Below, piece after piece: positions 28,209 to 40,240 of a DNA stretch of 64,000 nucleotides. Where the stretch lies: assembly GCF_006345805.1 (NCBI RefSeq), contig NC_043003.1:6262001-6326000 (forward strand), given 5' to 3'. The translations under genes were made by a program, and so were the position numbers. The DNA comes from Octopus sinensis (Eukaryota). The notes below the pieces were generated by a model that searched no databases, had not been told where the DNA came from, and worked only from the letters and a program-made list of their open reading frames with translations. Position 1 is the first letter of the stretch, and each line of letters begins with the position of its first letter.

Positions 28209-28458
28209 TACACATATATATATAAATATATGCTCACATACACACGCGTGCGCACACACACACATATATATATGTGTGTGTATGTTCATAAATTCATATA
28301 CACATAAATATATTTCCATATATTTACATACACAGGCACACATTTACATACACACACACAAACATATCCATGCTGAACTATATAAGATTGTCGTAAACAG
28401 TCCGAATCGGAGCGAAACTGTCAACTTTCGATAAGAAATATGTAGGTAGTGTATATGC

Positions 28459-28496
<38 letters not shown>

Positions 28497-28562
28497 ACCT
28501 CGTGTGTACCGTTGGCGATTTTTTTTCCTGTCTTCCCTTCTCGGGATCTTTCCTTCTCCTAT

Positions 28563-28598
28563 GTTTCCGACGAAGAGCTCCGCTCGAAACGTTAAACC
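28563..28598 (+). ncRNA. Minimal hammerhead-like motif with CCGACGA core variant, in a (TA)n-flanked element (28490-28700)
   Basis: GUUU CCGACGA A GAGC-UCC-GCUC GAA ACGU U AAAC. Confidence 0.55.
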
Positions 28599-28714
28599 CT
28601 CCTTCTCCCCTTCTTTCCTAAGCGTCCAATAATACTATATTTGTTCCACGTCCTCGCGTTGTTGTGTTTTTTGTGTTTTCTTGTTTGGATTAACTTTATA
28701 TTTATATATATATA

Positions 28715-29105
28715 TCTTATTATAAAAGGCAGATTTTATCTGCCTCCCTTTGGGAGTTATACAAATCTACAATATAGGATTTCTTCAATTACAATTTACC
28801 TAGCATTTTTGAGAGTACAATGCTCGCGTCATGCCAGCTCCAGTTTTTAAAATTAAACTCCAATTAAGCAAAATTTACAGAAAACTCACATTCTGGTGTG
28901 TGTGTCAAATGCTTTTCTTAGTCTGGTTTACACCACACGCAAACGCACCACACAGTGGGCAACGAATAAAATGAAAGTAAATACGACAGAGTGATTTGAG
29001 GAAGACTAAAGTGAAAGTATTCTGTCTATGACGCTATAGATACATGAGTAAAATGTATGGGAAGCTAAGAGCTAAGAGTGAGTGAAAATGTTCTTGGAAG
29101 AGAGT
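28715..29105 (+). mobile_element. Probable Helitron 5' fragment
   Basis: A|TCTTATTATAAAAGGCAG start resembles the TC...TATAAAA 5' ends of the neighbouring Helitrons; no 3' CTAG terminus seen. Confidence 0.4.
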
Positions 29106-29519
29106 AATTAGTAATAAAGTAACACACTCATACTACATACATACAATACATACATACTACACACACACACCAATACACACCACACATACACACACACATA
29201 CATACATACACACATACATACATACATACATATACATACATACATACTATACATACATACATACACCACACACACATACACACACACACAGTATTGAAGC
29301 TTGAGAACAATCAGATACATTTGCAACACATCTGTTGAAAATATTATTGTTCACACACATACATATACATATATACATACAGACAGACAGACAGATAGAC
29401 ACACACACACACACCACACACACACATGATCCAGCATGGCCACAACCTCAAGGCTGAAACATATAAAAGAATAACAGAATATAATGTGTGCAAAGTACAA
29501 GAAATATTAATCAGTATAT

Positions 29520-29840
29520 GGGGATTGGACAATAAGCGTAAGGCAGTGTCAATGGTGGTTCCAGAAATCCCGAGCCATAACTACAGCCTAGAAGACGAGC
29601 CTCATCCTGAAAGATCTGTAGAACTCGACAAGGACATCCTGAAAACCCTGGTGGAACAAAATATCATCGTAACTGTTGAGGAACTAGCAGAGAAGCTTGG
29701 ATTTGGTCATTCAACCATTCATTGACACCTGTGTGCTATCGGAAAAGTCAGCAAATTGGGTCAATGGGTTCCTCACGAACTTTCCGAGTCTAATTGCATG
29801 CAGAGAGTGAATGTATGCTTTTCTTTGCTGTCATATCTCA
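29520..29840 (+). mobile_element. Mariner transposase N-terminal remnant
   Basis: SLEDEP..RSVELD.DILKTLVEQ...EELAEKLG..HSTIH*HL.AIGKVSKLGQWVPHEL (WVPHEL motif). Confidence 0.85.
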
Positions 29841-29860
29841 CCACTACTGCGCTATGTATA

Positions 29861-30498
29861 TCTATATATATAAAACTGTAGTTGTGTGTGTCTGTCCCCT
29901 TCGATTTAGATTCCTAACTACTCCCACATTTTGCGGTACGTTTAACAAACCAAATTCGGGTAGCTTATAGTCGTGATTCATATCGAGCCCGTCTGAATAT
30001 TAGCGCGCGTCTACGATGAGTCTACGATTTTAAAAATAATTTAACATCATTTTTTATTCCATTTTAATGCATAATTTTTCGTGTGTCGATGGCGGCGGAG
30101 TTGGCGTCCACGCTCACAGCTGCACCTGTGGGGAAGGAGTGTAAGGAAATCAACGTCGTAATGCGTTGTCAAGGAGACCAGTGTTCTTTTAGAACAACGA
30201 CTTCATGGCTTGAAGACACCAAAACAGAAATGGCTAAGAAAGCGTCTACATGAGTCTACGATTTAAAAAAAAATTTACCATCGTTTTTTTTTTTTCCATT
30301 TTAATGCATTTTTTCGCTATTATATAAGGGAAGTAACTCTCTAAAATGTCTACGATGATCAAACGATTTAAAAAAAAATTTACCATCATATTTTTTCCAT
30401 TTTAATGCATTTTTTGCTATTTTTTGGCTATAACTCTCTAAAAATGCTTATATAGTTATTTCCCTTACAACCCCGAGCAACGCCGGGAGATACTGCTA

Positions 30499-30499
<1 letters not shown>
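29861..30499 (+). mobile_element. Non-autonomous Helitron (family 1)
   Basis: A|TC 5' end, subterminal hairpin CCCGAGCAACGCCGGG, CTAG|T 3' end. A shorter relative is at 52185-52581. Confidence 0.85.
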
Positions 30500-30534
<35 letters not shown>

Positions 30535-30559
30535 ATTATATATATATATATATTAATAT

Positions 30560-30907
30560 ATATATAAACGGCAAAATGTCTGTCTGTGTGTGTGTCCTTT
30601 ATACGATCTACAATTTTTCAGTTAGAGGGCTCGCACTTTCTATGGTCATTCAAAACCGTCCAATGGTGGTCGTGCATATCTTTACATTTCCCCAGTCACC
30701 CGGCAAAGCCATTAAAAAATCGATAAAAGTGACTTTTTTGTGAATTTTCTATCCAAAACCCAATCAAAATGCCCGAAACTTGAATGCCAGTTAGCTGTAT
30801 GTGATTGGTCGGAAACTTGGACAGTACTCGCGTGTATGTGCGCACGCACGCAGCTGTATATGCATGTACTAGCACTATGACCCGGCGTTGCTGTGTCATA
30901 GTGCTAG
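30560..30907 (+). mobile_element. Non-autonomous Helitron (family 2)
   Basis: Subterminal hairpin TATGACCCGGCGTTGCTGTGTCATA followed by GTGCTAG|T; the 5' end is buried in (TA)n. Confidence 0.7.
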
Positions 30908-30919
30908 TATAAACTTAGA

Positions 30920-31700
30920 TATGTTTCGACCAAAGATTGGTCCAGGCCATGTCTAACTTAATAGCACCACCTGATAGGATTATCTAAATCCTTTTTAAGT
31001 CAAGTTTTGTGTTCTCATGGTCCAGTCACATAATGAGTTCATGTTTAGTGAGTTATATCCAATTATGAGTGGCTTATCCGGTATACCTGGAAGAAATCTG
31101 TCCAGACTCCGTTTAAAGGTGATGGGACCCTTTTCCTCTTTGATCTCTGTCGGGACAATGTTAAACAGGACAGAGCCTGTTGAGGAAAAGAAAATATGTT
31201 GCAGTGTACCTATATGCTGTGATCCTGAATTGGGCAGGGGACGTATGGCCCGTGGTCCCAGCCTTGGATGAACCTTGAAGCTAATGTTCAGGTCGTTTGG
31301 GCAATGCTGGCGGTATATTCTCCACATCGTACAAATGATGTATCACTCTCGGCATCGCTGGAAAGAGTAGAGTTTCAATGCTTTAAGGCGGTCCCAGTAA
31401 TCGAAATCAGTCATGTTCTTAATTCGTTTAGTGAGTGCCCTCTGGGGTGATTCAATCCTTGAGATGTTTTGTTTTGTATGGGGAGACCACAACGGACAGC
31501 AGTATTCGAGATGTGGCCGTACAAAGGAGGAGAAAAGTGGAATGATGACACCTTGTTCTCTGGACCGGAAGGTTCTTAAGATCCAGGAACTCATCCTACG
31601 AGCTATATCGACCTTATTGTGGATGTGGGCACTCCAACTGAGATTGTTATCAACAATTACACTTGGGTCTCTGATATTATTAGATGGTGTGAACGGTTCC
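30920..31700 (-). mobile_element. CR1-like LINE 3' fragment
   Basis: SSWILRTFRSRE...FVRPHLEYCCPLWSPH....ISRIESPQRALTKRI....DYWDRLKALKLYS.QR; LFNIVPTEIK...FKRSLDRFL.GIPDKP. Confidence 0.88.
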
Positions 31701-31714
31701 CCAGAACGAAGAGA

Positions 31715-32980
31715 GTTAGTTAGTTAATTTGGCTCAAAAGCAAATAGCAAGGCCATGTAGGGGGACATGGAGTTAAGTACAGGGTGGTGTTCATGTAAAG
31801 AGTTCAGGCCACTTGAGGTCCAGGGAGGCTTTGAACAAAGCGGTCGTCGGCATCTTCACCATCTCGTCTGGCAGCTTGTTCCACGGATCCGCAACCCGGA
31901 CGGAGAAAGCTCCTCTCCTTCGATTGAGATGAAATCGTCGCAGGTAGAGCTTTTCGGAATGACCCCGCAGCCGACGCTCCGGAGCAGGAGTGAAGAACAG
32001 CTCTTTCGAGAGTTACACTTCCCGCTTATGATGTTGTGGGCGAGAATGAGATCACCACGGCGGCGGCGTTTTTTCAAGAGAACAAAGGTCGAGCGTCCTC
32101 AGCCTTTCTTCGTAGGACAAATTTTTGAGACCATGAACCATGCGGGTAGCCAGCCTCTGGACTCTTTCGAGGTGCTGTATGTCTTTGAGGAGATAAGGAG
32201 AAGAGGCTTGAATCCCATACTCCAATATGGGTCTCACCAGCGTGACATAGAGTGGCAGAATATGGCTGCTGTGAGCATTCCGAATGACCGTCGAATCAAA
32301 AACAGATTCCGCGCGCTTTGTTGGCAGCATGGACGCACTGGGCCAAGGCGAAAAGGAGGAATCACCAAGATACCCAGGTCCTTTACCTGATCGGTCCTCT
32401 CCAGCAGCAGACGACCCGGCTTGAAATCAAGTTGAGTTGCAGGAGTTGAGCCGACAGGCAGATGACAGCACTTTGACACGTTCAGACACAGGTCCCAATC
32501 GTTAGACCACTTCCAAATTTGGTGGAGGCATCGACGAAGATCCTCTATACTACCGCGAGGAGCGACCAGTTTGATATCGTCGGCAAATAGAAGGTTGTGT
32601 TGCGTGAGGTCGTCGGGCAAGTCATTTATGAAGACTAAGAACAACAAGGGCCCAAGCACTGAACCTTGAGGCACGCTACTGCTCGCACTGGAGACGTCGG
32701 ACCGCGAACCATTAACTTGAACTTGGAAGAGCGATCTGAGAGGAAGGCACCAACCCATCGTACAATATCCGGATGGAAACTATATGCTTGAAGCTTGACA
32801 AGTAGTAGGCGGTGGTTTACCGAGTCAAAAGCTTTGGCAAAGTCCAATAAAACGATGTCAACAGCATCACTATCATCGAGGATGCGCGTCACTAATTCTT
32901 CCATTACTAGTAAGTTGGTCAAGCATGATCTCTTCGGCACGAAGCCGTGTTGGGAATCAGTGATCGAGGCTGCGTTTAGG
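31715..32980 (-). mobile_element. CR1-like LINE reverse transcriptase, 5'-truncated, frameshifted
   Basis: QHGF.PKRSCLTNLL; LDFAKAFDSVNH; VPQGSVLGPLLFLVFINDL; LFADDIK; LVRPILEY; LERVQRLATR; RRRGDLI. (AACT)n tail at ~31715. Confidence 0.92.
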
Positions 32981-33196
32981 AGTATGGTTGTTTTAGTATA
33001 GACTTTCTTCCAAAATGCATCAGCTCAAAATTTCCCTCGTTCAAATATATATATATCCTTGTTGCTTATTTTGATTATAATCACCTTATTTTAAATTATA
33101 TGGATAATACCATACTAAATTCTGGTGCCTTCAACTTAAGTACCATATTCATCTGAATCTAAATTTTTACTGAACTTATCTATAAGTATATAATAG

Positions 33197-33244
<48 letters not shown>

Positions 33245-33400
33245 GTATTATAAATATATATCATCATCATTATCATTTAACGTCCGCTTTCCATGCAACC
33301 ATGGGTTGGACGGTTCAACTGGGGTCTGGGAAGCCAGAAGGCTGCACCAGTCCCAGTCTGATCGCGCAGTGTTTCTATGGCTGGATGCCTTTCCTAACCA

Positions 33401-35860
33401 TTGAGGTGAATGGAAGGAAGGGGAAGAAGGAATATTAAACATTCCAGAGAGGGGGATTTTAAGGTGAATGGAAGGAAGGGGAGGAAGGAATATTAAAAAT
33501 TCCAGAGAGGGGGATTTGAAGGTGAATGGAAGGAAGGGGAGGAAGGAATATAGAACATTCCAGAGAGGGGGATTTGAAAGTGAAGGGGAGGAAGGAATAT
33601 TAAACATTCCAGAGATGGGGATTTGAAGGTGAAGGGGAGGAAGGGGAGGAAGGAATATTAAACATTCCAGAGCGGGGGATTTGAAGTTGAAGGGGAGGAA
33701 GGGGAGGAAGGAATATAGAACAATCCAGAGAGGGGGATTTCAAGGTGAAGGGGAGGAAGGAATATTAAACATTCCAGAGATGGGGATTTGAAGTTGAATG
33801 GAAGGAAGGGGAGGAAGGAATATAGAACATTCCAGAGATGGGGATTTGAAGGTGAAGGGGAGGAAGGGGAGGAAGGGGAGGAAGGAATATTAAACATTCC
33901 AGAGAGAGGGATTTGAAGGTGAAGGGGAGGAAGGGGAGGAAGGAATATTAAACATTCCAGAGAGAGGGATTTGAAGGTGAAGGGGAGGAAGGGGTGGAAG
34001 GAATATTAAACATTCCAGAGAGGGGGATTTAAAGGTGAAGGGGAGGAAGGGGAGGAAGGAATATTAAACATTCCAGAGAGAGGGATTTGAAGGTGAATGG
34101 AAGGAAGGGGAGGAAGGAATATTAAACATTCCAGAGAGGGGGATATGAAGGTGAAGGGGAGGAAGGTGAGGAAGGAATATTGAACATTTCAGAGAGGGGG
34201 ATTTGAAGGTGAAGGGGGAAGGGGAGGAAGAAATATTGAACATTCCAGAGAGGGGGATTTGAAGGTAAAGTGGAGGAAGGGGAGGAAGGAATATTGAACA
34301 TTCCAGAGAGGGGGATTTGAAGGTGAAGGGGAAGGGGAGGAAGAAATATTGAACATTCCAGAGAGGGGGATTTGAAGGTAAAGTGGAGGAAGGGGAGGAA
34401 GGAATATTGAACATTCCAGAGAGGGGGATTTCAAGGTGAAGGGGGAAGGGGAGGAAGGAATATTAAACATTCCAGAGAGGGGGATTTGAAGGTGAAGGGG
34501 CGGATGGCGAGGAAGGAATATTAAACATTCCAGAGAGGGGGATTTGAAGGTGAAGGGTAGGAAGGGGAGGAAGGAATTTTGAACATTCCAGAGAGGGGAT
34601 TTGAATTTGAAGGGGAGAAAGGGGAGAATGGAATTTTGGGAGGTGAAGGGGAGGAAGGAATGTTGAACATTCCAGAGAGGGGGATTTACAGGTGACGGGG
34701 AGGAAGGCGAGTAAGGAATGTTGGACATTCCAGAGAGGGGGCTTTGAGAGGTGAAGGTGAGGAAGGGGAGGAAGGAATATTGAACATTCCAGAGAGGTGG
34801 ATTTGAGAGGTGAAGGGGAGGAATTGGAGGAAGGGATGTTGAACATTCCAGAGATGGCGATTTTAGAAGTGCAGGGGTGGAAGTGGAGGAGGGACTGTTG
34901 AACATTCCAGAGAGGGGGATTTGAAGGTAAAGGGGAGGAAGGGGAGGAATGAATATTGAACATTCCAGAGAGGGGGATTTCAAGGTGAAGGGGAGGAAGA
35001 GTAGAGAGGAATATTGAACATTCCAGAGAGGAGTATTTGAAGGTGAAGGGGAGGAAGGGGAGGAAGGAATATTGAACATTCGAGAGAGGGGGATTTCAAG
35101 GTGAAGAGGAGGAAAGAATATTTAACATTCCAGAGAGGGGGGTTTGAAGGTGAAGGGGCGGATGGGGAGGAAGGAATATTAAACATTCCAGAGAGGTGGA
35201 TTTGAAGGTGAAGGGGAGGAAGGGGAGGAAGGACTATTGAACATTCCTGAGAGGGGATTTGAAGTTGAAGGGGAGAAAGGGGAGAAAGGAATTTGAGAGG
35301 TGAAGGGGAGGAAGGGGAGGAAGGAATGTTGAACATTCCAGAGAGGGGGATTTAAAGGTGACGGGGAGGAAGGGGAGTAAGGAATGTTGAACATTCCAGA
35401 GAGGGGGATTTGAGAGGTGAAGGTGAGGAAGGAATATTGAACATTCCAGAGAGGTGGATTTGAGAGGTGAAGGGGAGGAATTGGAGGAAGGGATGTTGAA
35501 CATTCCAGTGATGGCGATTTTAGAAGTGCAGGGGTGGAAGTGGAGGAGGGACTGTTGAACATTCCAGAGAGGGGGATTTGAAGGTGAAGGGGAGGAAGGG
35601 GAGGAAGGAATATTGAACATTTCAGAGAGGGGGATTTGAAGGTGAAGGGGGAAGGGGAGGAAGAAATATTGAACATTCCAGAGAGGGGGATTTGAAGTAA
35701 AGTGGAAGGAGGAGGGAGGAAGGAATATTGAACATTCCAGAGAGGGGGATTTGAAGGTGAAGGGGGAAGGGGAGGAAGAAATATTGAACATTCCAGAGAG
35801 GGGGATTTGAGTAGTGAAGTGGAGAAAATGAAGAAGGAACGTGAAACATTCCAGAGTGTG
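33401..35860 (+). repeat. Purine-rich satellite, ~58 bp unit, roughly 43 copies
   Basis: Consensus AACATTCCAGAGAGGGGGATTTGAAGGTGAAGGGGAGGAAGGGGAGGAAGGAATATTG; copy number estimated from length/unit. Confidence 0.95.
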
Positions 35861-35904
35861 ATTTTTGAGATGTGTGATAGAAGTAAATCCTCTTAACTTT
35901 CAAA

Positions 35905-38900
35905 GAGCATTTCGACGAAATTTCTAGGAAGTTTGATAAACATCGGAACTTTCAATGAAATTTTCGAACAAACTTCCCGGACATGAGAAAACCTCGGAAC
36001 ACTCCAGGATGTGTTCGCCCAAATTTCTCCGGACATTTTCGTCCCCACTTCCCGGAAGTAACAAAATACTCAGAAGTTACCAGTAAATTTTTTGACCGAA
36101 CTTTCCGGAAGTTAGGCAATCCTCCGAACTTCCCATGAATTTTTGATCAAACTTCCTGAGAGTTAGAAAATCCACAGAACTTCCCAGGAATATTTCGACC
36201 AAACTTCCCGGAATTTATAAAATCCTGTGTAATTCCTATGAAATTTTCGACCAAACTTCCTGGGACTTAGAATATCATCAAAACTTCCCAGTTTTCGACC
36301 AAACCTCCTAGAAGTTAGAAAATCCTCCCAGCTTTCCAGGAATTTTTCGACCGCACTACCCGGAAGTTAGAAAATCCTTCGAAATCCCTAGGTAGTTTTC
36401 GATCAAACTTCCCCGACGTAAGAAAATCCTAGGAACGTCCGAGGAAGTTTTCGACCAAACTTCTTTGTAGTCAGAAAATCCTCGGAGCTTCTCAGGAAGA
36501 TTTCGATCAAACTGCCCGGAAATGAGAAAATCCTCGGAACTTCCCTGGACTAGATTTCCCGGAAGTTAGAAAATCCTCGGAAATTCCCTAGAAGTTTTCG
36601 ACCAAAGTTCCCGGAATGTAGAAACTCCTCAGAACTTCATAGGTAGTTTTCTGCCAAACTTCCCTTTAGAAAAGTTAGAAAATGCTGGGAATTTGCCATG
36701 AATTTGGAACTGCTTAGGAAGTTTTCGACCAAACTTCCCGGAAGTTTGAAACTTCTCGGAACTTCCCTAGAAGTTTTTGACACGACAAAACTTGCCAAAA
36801 GTTAGAAAATCCTCGGAACTTTCCATCAAGTTGTCGACCGAACATCCCTAGAACTTTTTTGGAAGTTTTCGACCAGACTTACTGCATGTAGGAAAATCCT
36901 CGGAACTTCCCATGAAAATTTCGACCAAACTTCCTGGAACTTAAGAAATCCTAGGAACCTCCTCTGAAGTTTTCGACCAAACTTCCCAGATGTTAGAAAA
37001 TCCTCAGAACTTCCCAGGAAGTTTTCGGCCAAACTTCCCTTAAGTTAGAAGATTTTCTAACTTCCGGGAAGTTTGGTCGAGGAATTTCTAATTCCATGGA
37101 AGTTTGGTCGACATATACCTGGGAAGTTCCAAGGATTTTCTAACATGCGGGAAGTTTGGTCGAAAACGCCCAGGTAAGTCCCTAGGAACTTCTAACATGC
37201 GGCAAGTTTGGTCAAAAACTTCATGGGAACTTCAGAAGATTTCGACCAAATTTCCTGGAAGTTAGAAAATGCTCCGAACTTCCCTGGAAGTTGTTGACCA
37301 ATCTTCTCGGAAGTTAGAAAATCCTCGGAACTTCCTGGAAGATAAAAATATCCTTGGAACTGCTTAGGAAGTTTTCGACCAAACTTCCCGGAAGTTTGAA
37401 ACTTCTCGGAACTTCCCATGAAGTTTTCGACCAAACTTCCCAAATTTAGAAAATCCTCGGAATTCCAAACATCCCGGTAGTTTAAAAAATCCTTGGAACT
37501 TAGGAAGTCTTCGACCAAACTTCCTGGAAGTTTGAAACTTCACGGAACTTCCCAAGTTTTCGACCAAACGTCCTGGAAGTTAGAAACTTTTCGGAACTTC
37601 CCAGAAGATTTCGACCAAACTTCCTGGAAGTTAGAAACTTCTCGGAAATTCCCTAGATGTTTTGGACCAAACTTCGCGGAAGTTAAAAAATCCTCGGAAC
37701 GTCCCGGAAGTTGGAAAACCCTCGGAACTTCCCGTTTAATTTTCGATTAAACTTCCCGGAAATTAGAAAATCATCGGGAATTCCCTAGAAGGTTTCGACC
37801 AAACTCACCACATGTTTGAAAATCCTCGGAACTTCCCTTGAAGTTTTCGACCAAACTTCCCGGAAGTTAGTATATCATCGGAGCTTCCCATGTAGTTTTC
37901 GACCAAACATCCGATAATTTTTTTTAATCCTTGGAACTTCTTAGGAAGTCTTCGACCAAACTTCCCGCAATTTTGAAACTTCTTGGAACTTCCCATGAAG
38001 TTTTCGACCAAACAACCCGGAAGTTAGAAACTTCCGTATAAGTTTTCTTCCAAACTTCCCGGAAGTTAGAAAATCCTCGGAACTTCCCAGAAGATTTCGA
38101 CCAAACTTCCTGGAAGTTCGATATTTCTCGGAAATTTCGACCAAACTTTTCGGAAGTTTGAAATTTCTCGGAACTTCCCGAGAGTTTTCGACCAAACTTC
38201 CCCGAAGTTACAAAATCATCGGAACTTCCCTGGAAGTTTTCGACCAAACTTCCCGGAAGTTAGAAAACCATCGGAACTTCCCTGGAAGTTTTAGTCCATA
38301 CTTCCTGGAAGTTACAAAATCCTTTGAACTTCCCAGGAAATTTTCGACCAAACTTTCCGGATGTTAGAAAATCCTCGGAACTTCCCTGGAAGTTACGACC
38401 AAACTTCCCGGAAGTTAGAAAATGCTCTGAAGTTCCCATGAAGTTTTTGACCAAACTTGCCGCATGTTAGAAGTTCCTGGGCGTTTTCGACCAAACTTCC
38501 CGCATGTTAGAAAATCCTTGGAACTTCCCAGGTATATGTCGACCAAACTTCCATGGAATTAGAAATTCCTCGACCAAACTTCCCGGAAGTTAGAAAATCC
38601 TCGGATCTTCCCAGGTGTATATCGACCAAACTTCCATAGAATTAGAAATTCCTGCACCAAACTTTCCGGAAGTTAGAAAATCTTCGAAACTTACCTGGAA
38701 CTTTTCGACCAAACTTCCCGCAAGTTAGAAAATCCTTGGAATTTCCCAGGAAGTTTTCAACCAAACTTCCTGGAAGTTAGAAAATTCTCGGAACTTCCCA
38801 GGAAGTTTTCGACCAAACTTCCTCGAATTTAGAAAATCCTCGGAAATTCCCTGGAAGTTTTCGACCAAATTACCAGGAAATTTTAAAATCCTCAGAACTA

Positions 38901-39040
38901 CCCAGGAGATCTTCGACCAAATATGCAGTAAGTTAGAAAACCCTCATGACTTCCCATGAAATTTCGACCAATGTTCCCGGGTGTTAGAATATCCTCGGAA
39001 CTTTACAGGAACTTTTCGACCAATTTTCCAGGAAGTTAGA
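35905..39040 (+). repeat. Palindrome-rich satellite, ~52 bp unit (dimer of ~26 bp subunits), roughly 55-60 copies
   Basis: Consensus AAACTTCCCGGAAGTTAGAAAATCCTCGGAACTTCCCAGGAAGTTTTCGACC. Confidence 0.95.
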
Positions 39041-39599
39041 CTACGAGATGTATCCTCCAACTATTTCCATATGAATGTGATTCTATATATTTCTCTTTGG
39101 TGTCAGGAGACTTAACGGAAGGAATTTTTGCAAGATTTGGAATTATTGTTGTCAGAATAGAGCTGTCTTCAAGAATCCAAGTAATGTTATGTATTCAAGA
39201 GTAGCCGTAGATGCTTGTCATGTTGTTGTTCTTGTTGTTTGCTACTACTGTTATTGTTGTCACATACTTTTTATTTTGACGCTACTTTGCTTCTGAAGTT
39301 GGTTAGTCATAAATTCCTTTGGGAATTTTAAGCCCAGCTTCATCACTTTTATTTGTTTATTTTTGTTCTTTGTTTTTGCTTTGAAACGAAATCTAGCTTC
39401 AAGCATCTTATACAGATAGTTTTTTAGACACCATTTTCTGAAACTGGTAAAATTATGTAGTGGGGCTGAAAATTTTGATCTTGCACCACCTGAAAATTCC
39501 AAGGGGTGCAGGTGCACCCGCTGCACCCCCTGTTCCCGGGCCCTTGGGTGGCTGTGGTGATAGCGGCGGGGCTGACGTTAGTCCTGACGTTGATGGTAC

Positions 39600-40240
39600 T
39601 ACCAACACCATCACCACCGGCACCACCATCACTATCACCACCGTCACAACAACTACCATTATCACATTAACATCAACATCATCAACACCATCGACATCAC
39701 CACCACCGCCACCAGCACCACTATCACCACTACCACTACCACCACCATCACCATCACCACCATCACCACCACCACCACCATCACCACCATCACCACCACC
39801 ACCACCATCACCACCACCACCACCATCACCACCATCACCACCACCATCACCACCATCACCACCATCACCACCATCACACCACCACCATCACCACCACCAC
39901 CACCATCACCACCATCACCACCATCACCACCATCACCACACCATCACCACCATCACCACCACCATCACCATCACCACCATCACCATCACCACCACCATCA
40001 CCACCACCACCACCATCACCACCATCACCACCATCACCACGACGACGACGACCACCACCACCACCACCATCACCACCACTACTATCATGACGACGATGAT
40101 GACCATCACCACCACCACCTCCAGCATCACCCCTACCACTATCATCACCATCACAACGACTACCACTACAACTGCCATCACTATCATCATCATCATCATC
40201 ATTAACAATCATCAACACCATCAACACCATCAACACCATC
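39600..40240. repeat. (CAC/CAT)n compound microsatellite
   Basis: Long degenerate trinucleotide tract that explains the Pro/His/Thr-rich ORFs. Confidence 0.95.

Noticed and set aside
30920-30955. Hammerhead suggested by stem-loop + GAAAC on the minus strand
   Set aside because: No CUGANGA upstream; it is the CR1-like 3' terminal stem-loop.
33248-35903. Long Pro/Ser-rich minus-strand ORFs (up to 296 aa)
   Set aside because: Translations of the 58-bp satellite, open in several frames with frame-shifting unit lengths.
35905-39040. CRISPR-like array of palindromic repeats
   Set aside because: Intervening sequences are themselves repeated rather than unique spacers, there are no cas genes, and the context is eukaryotic.
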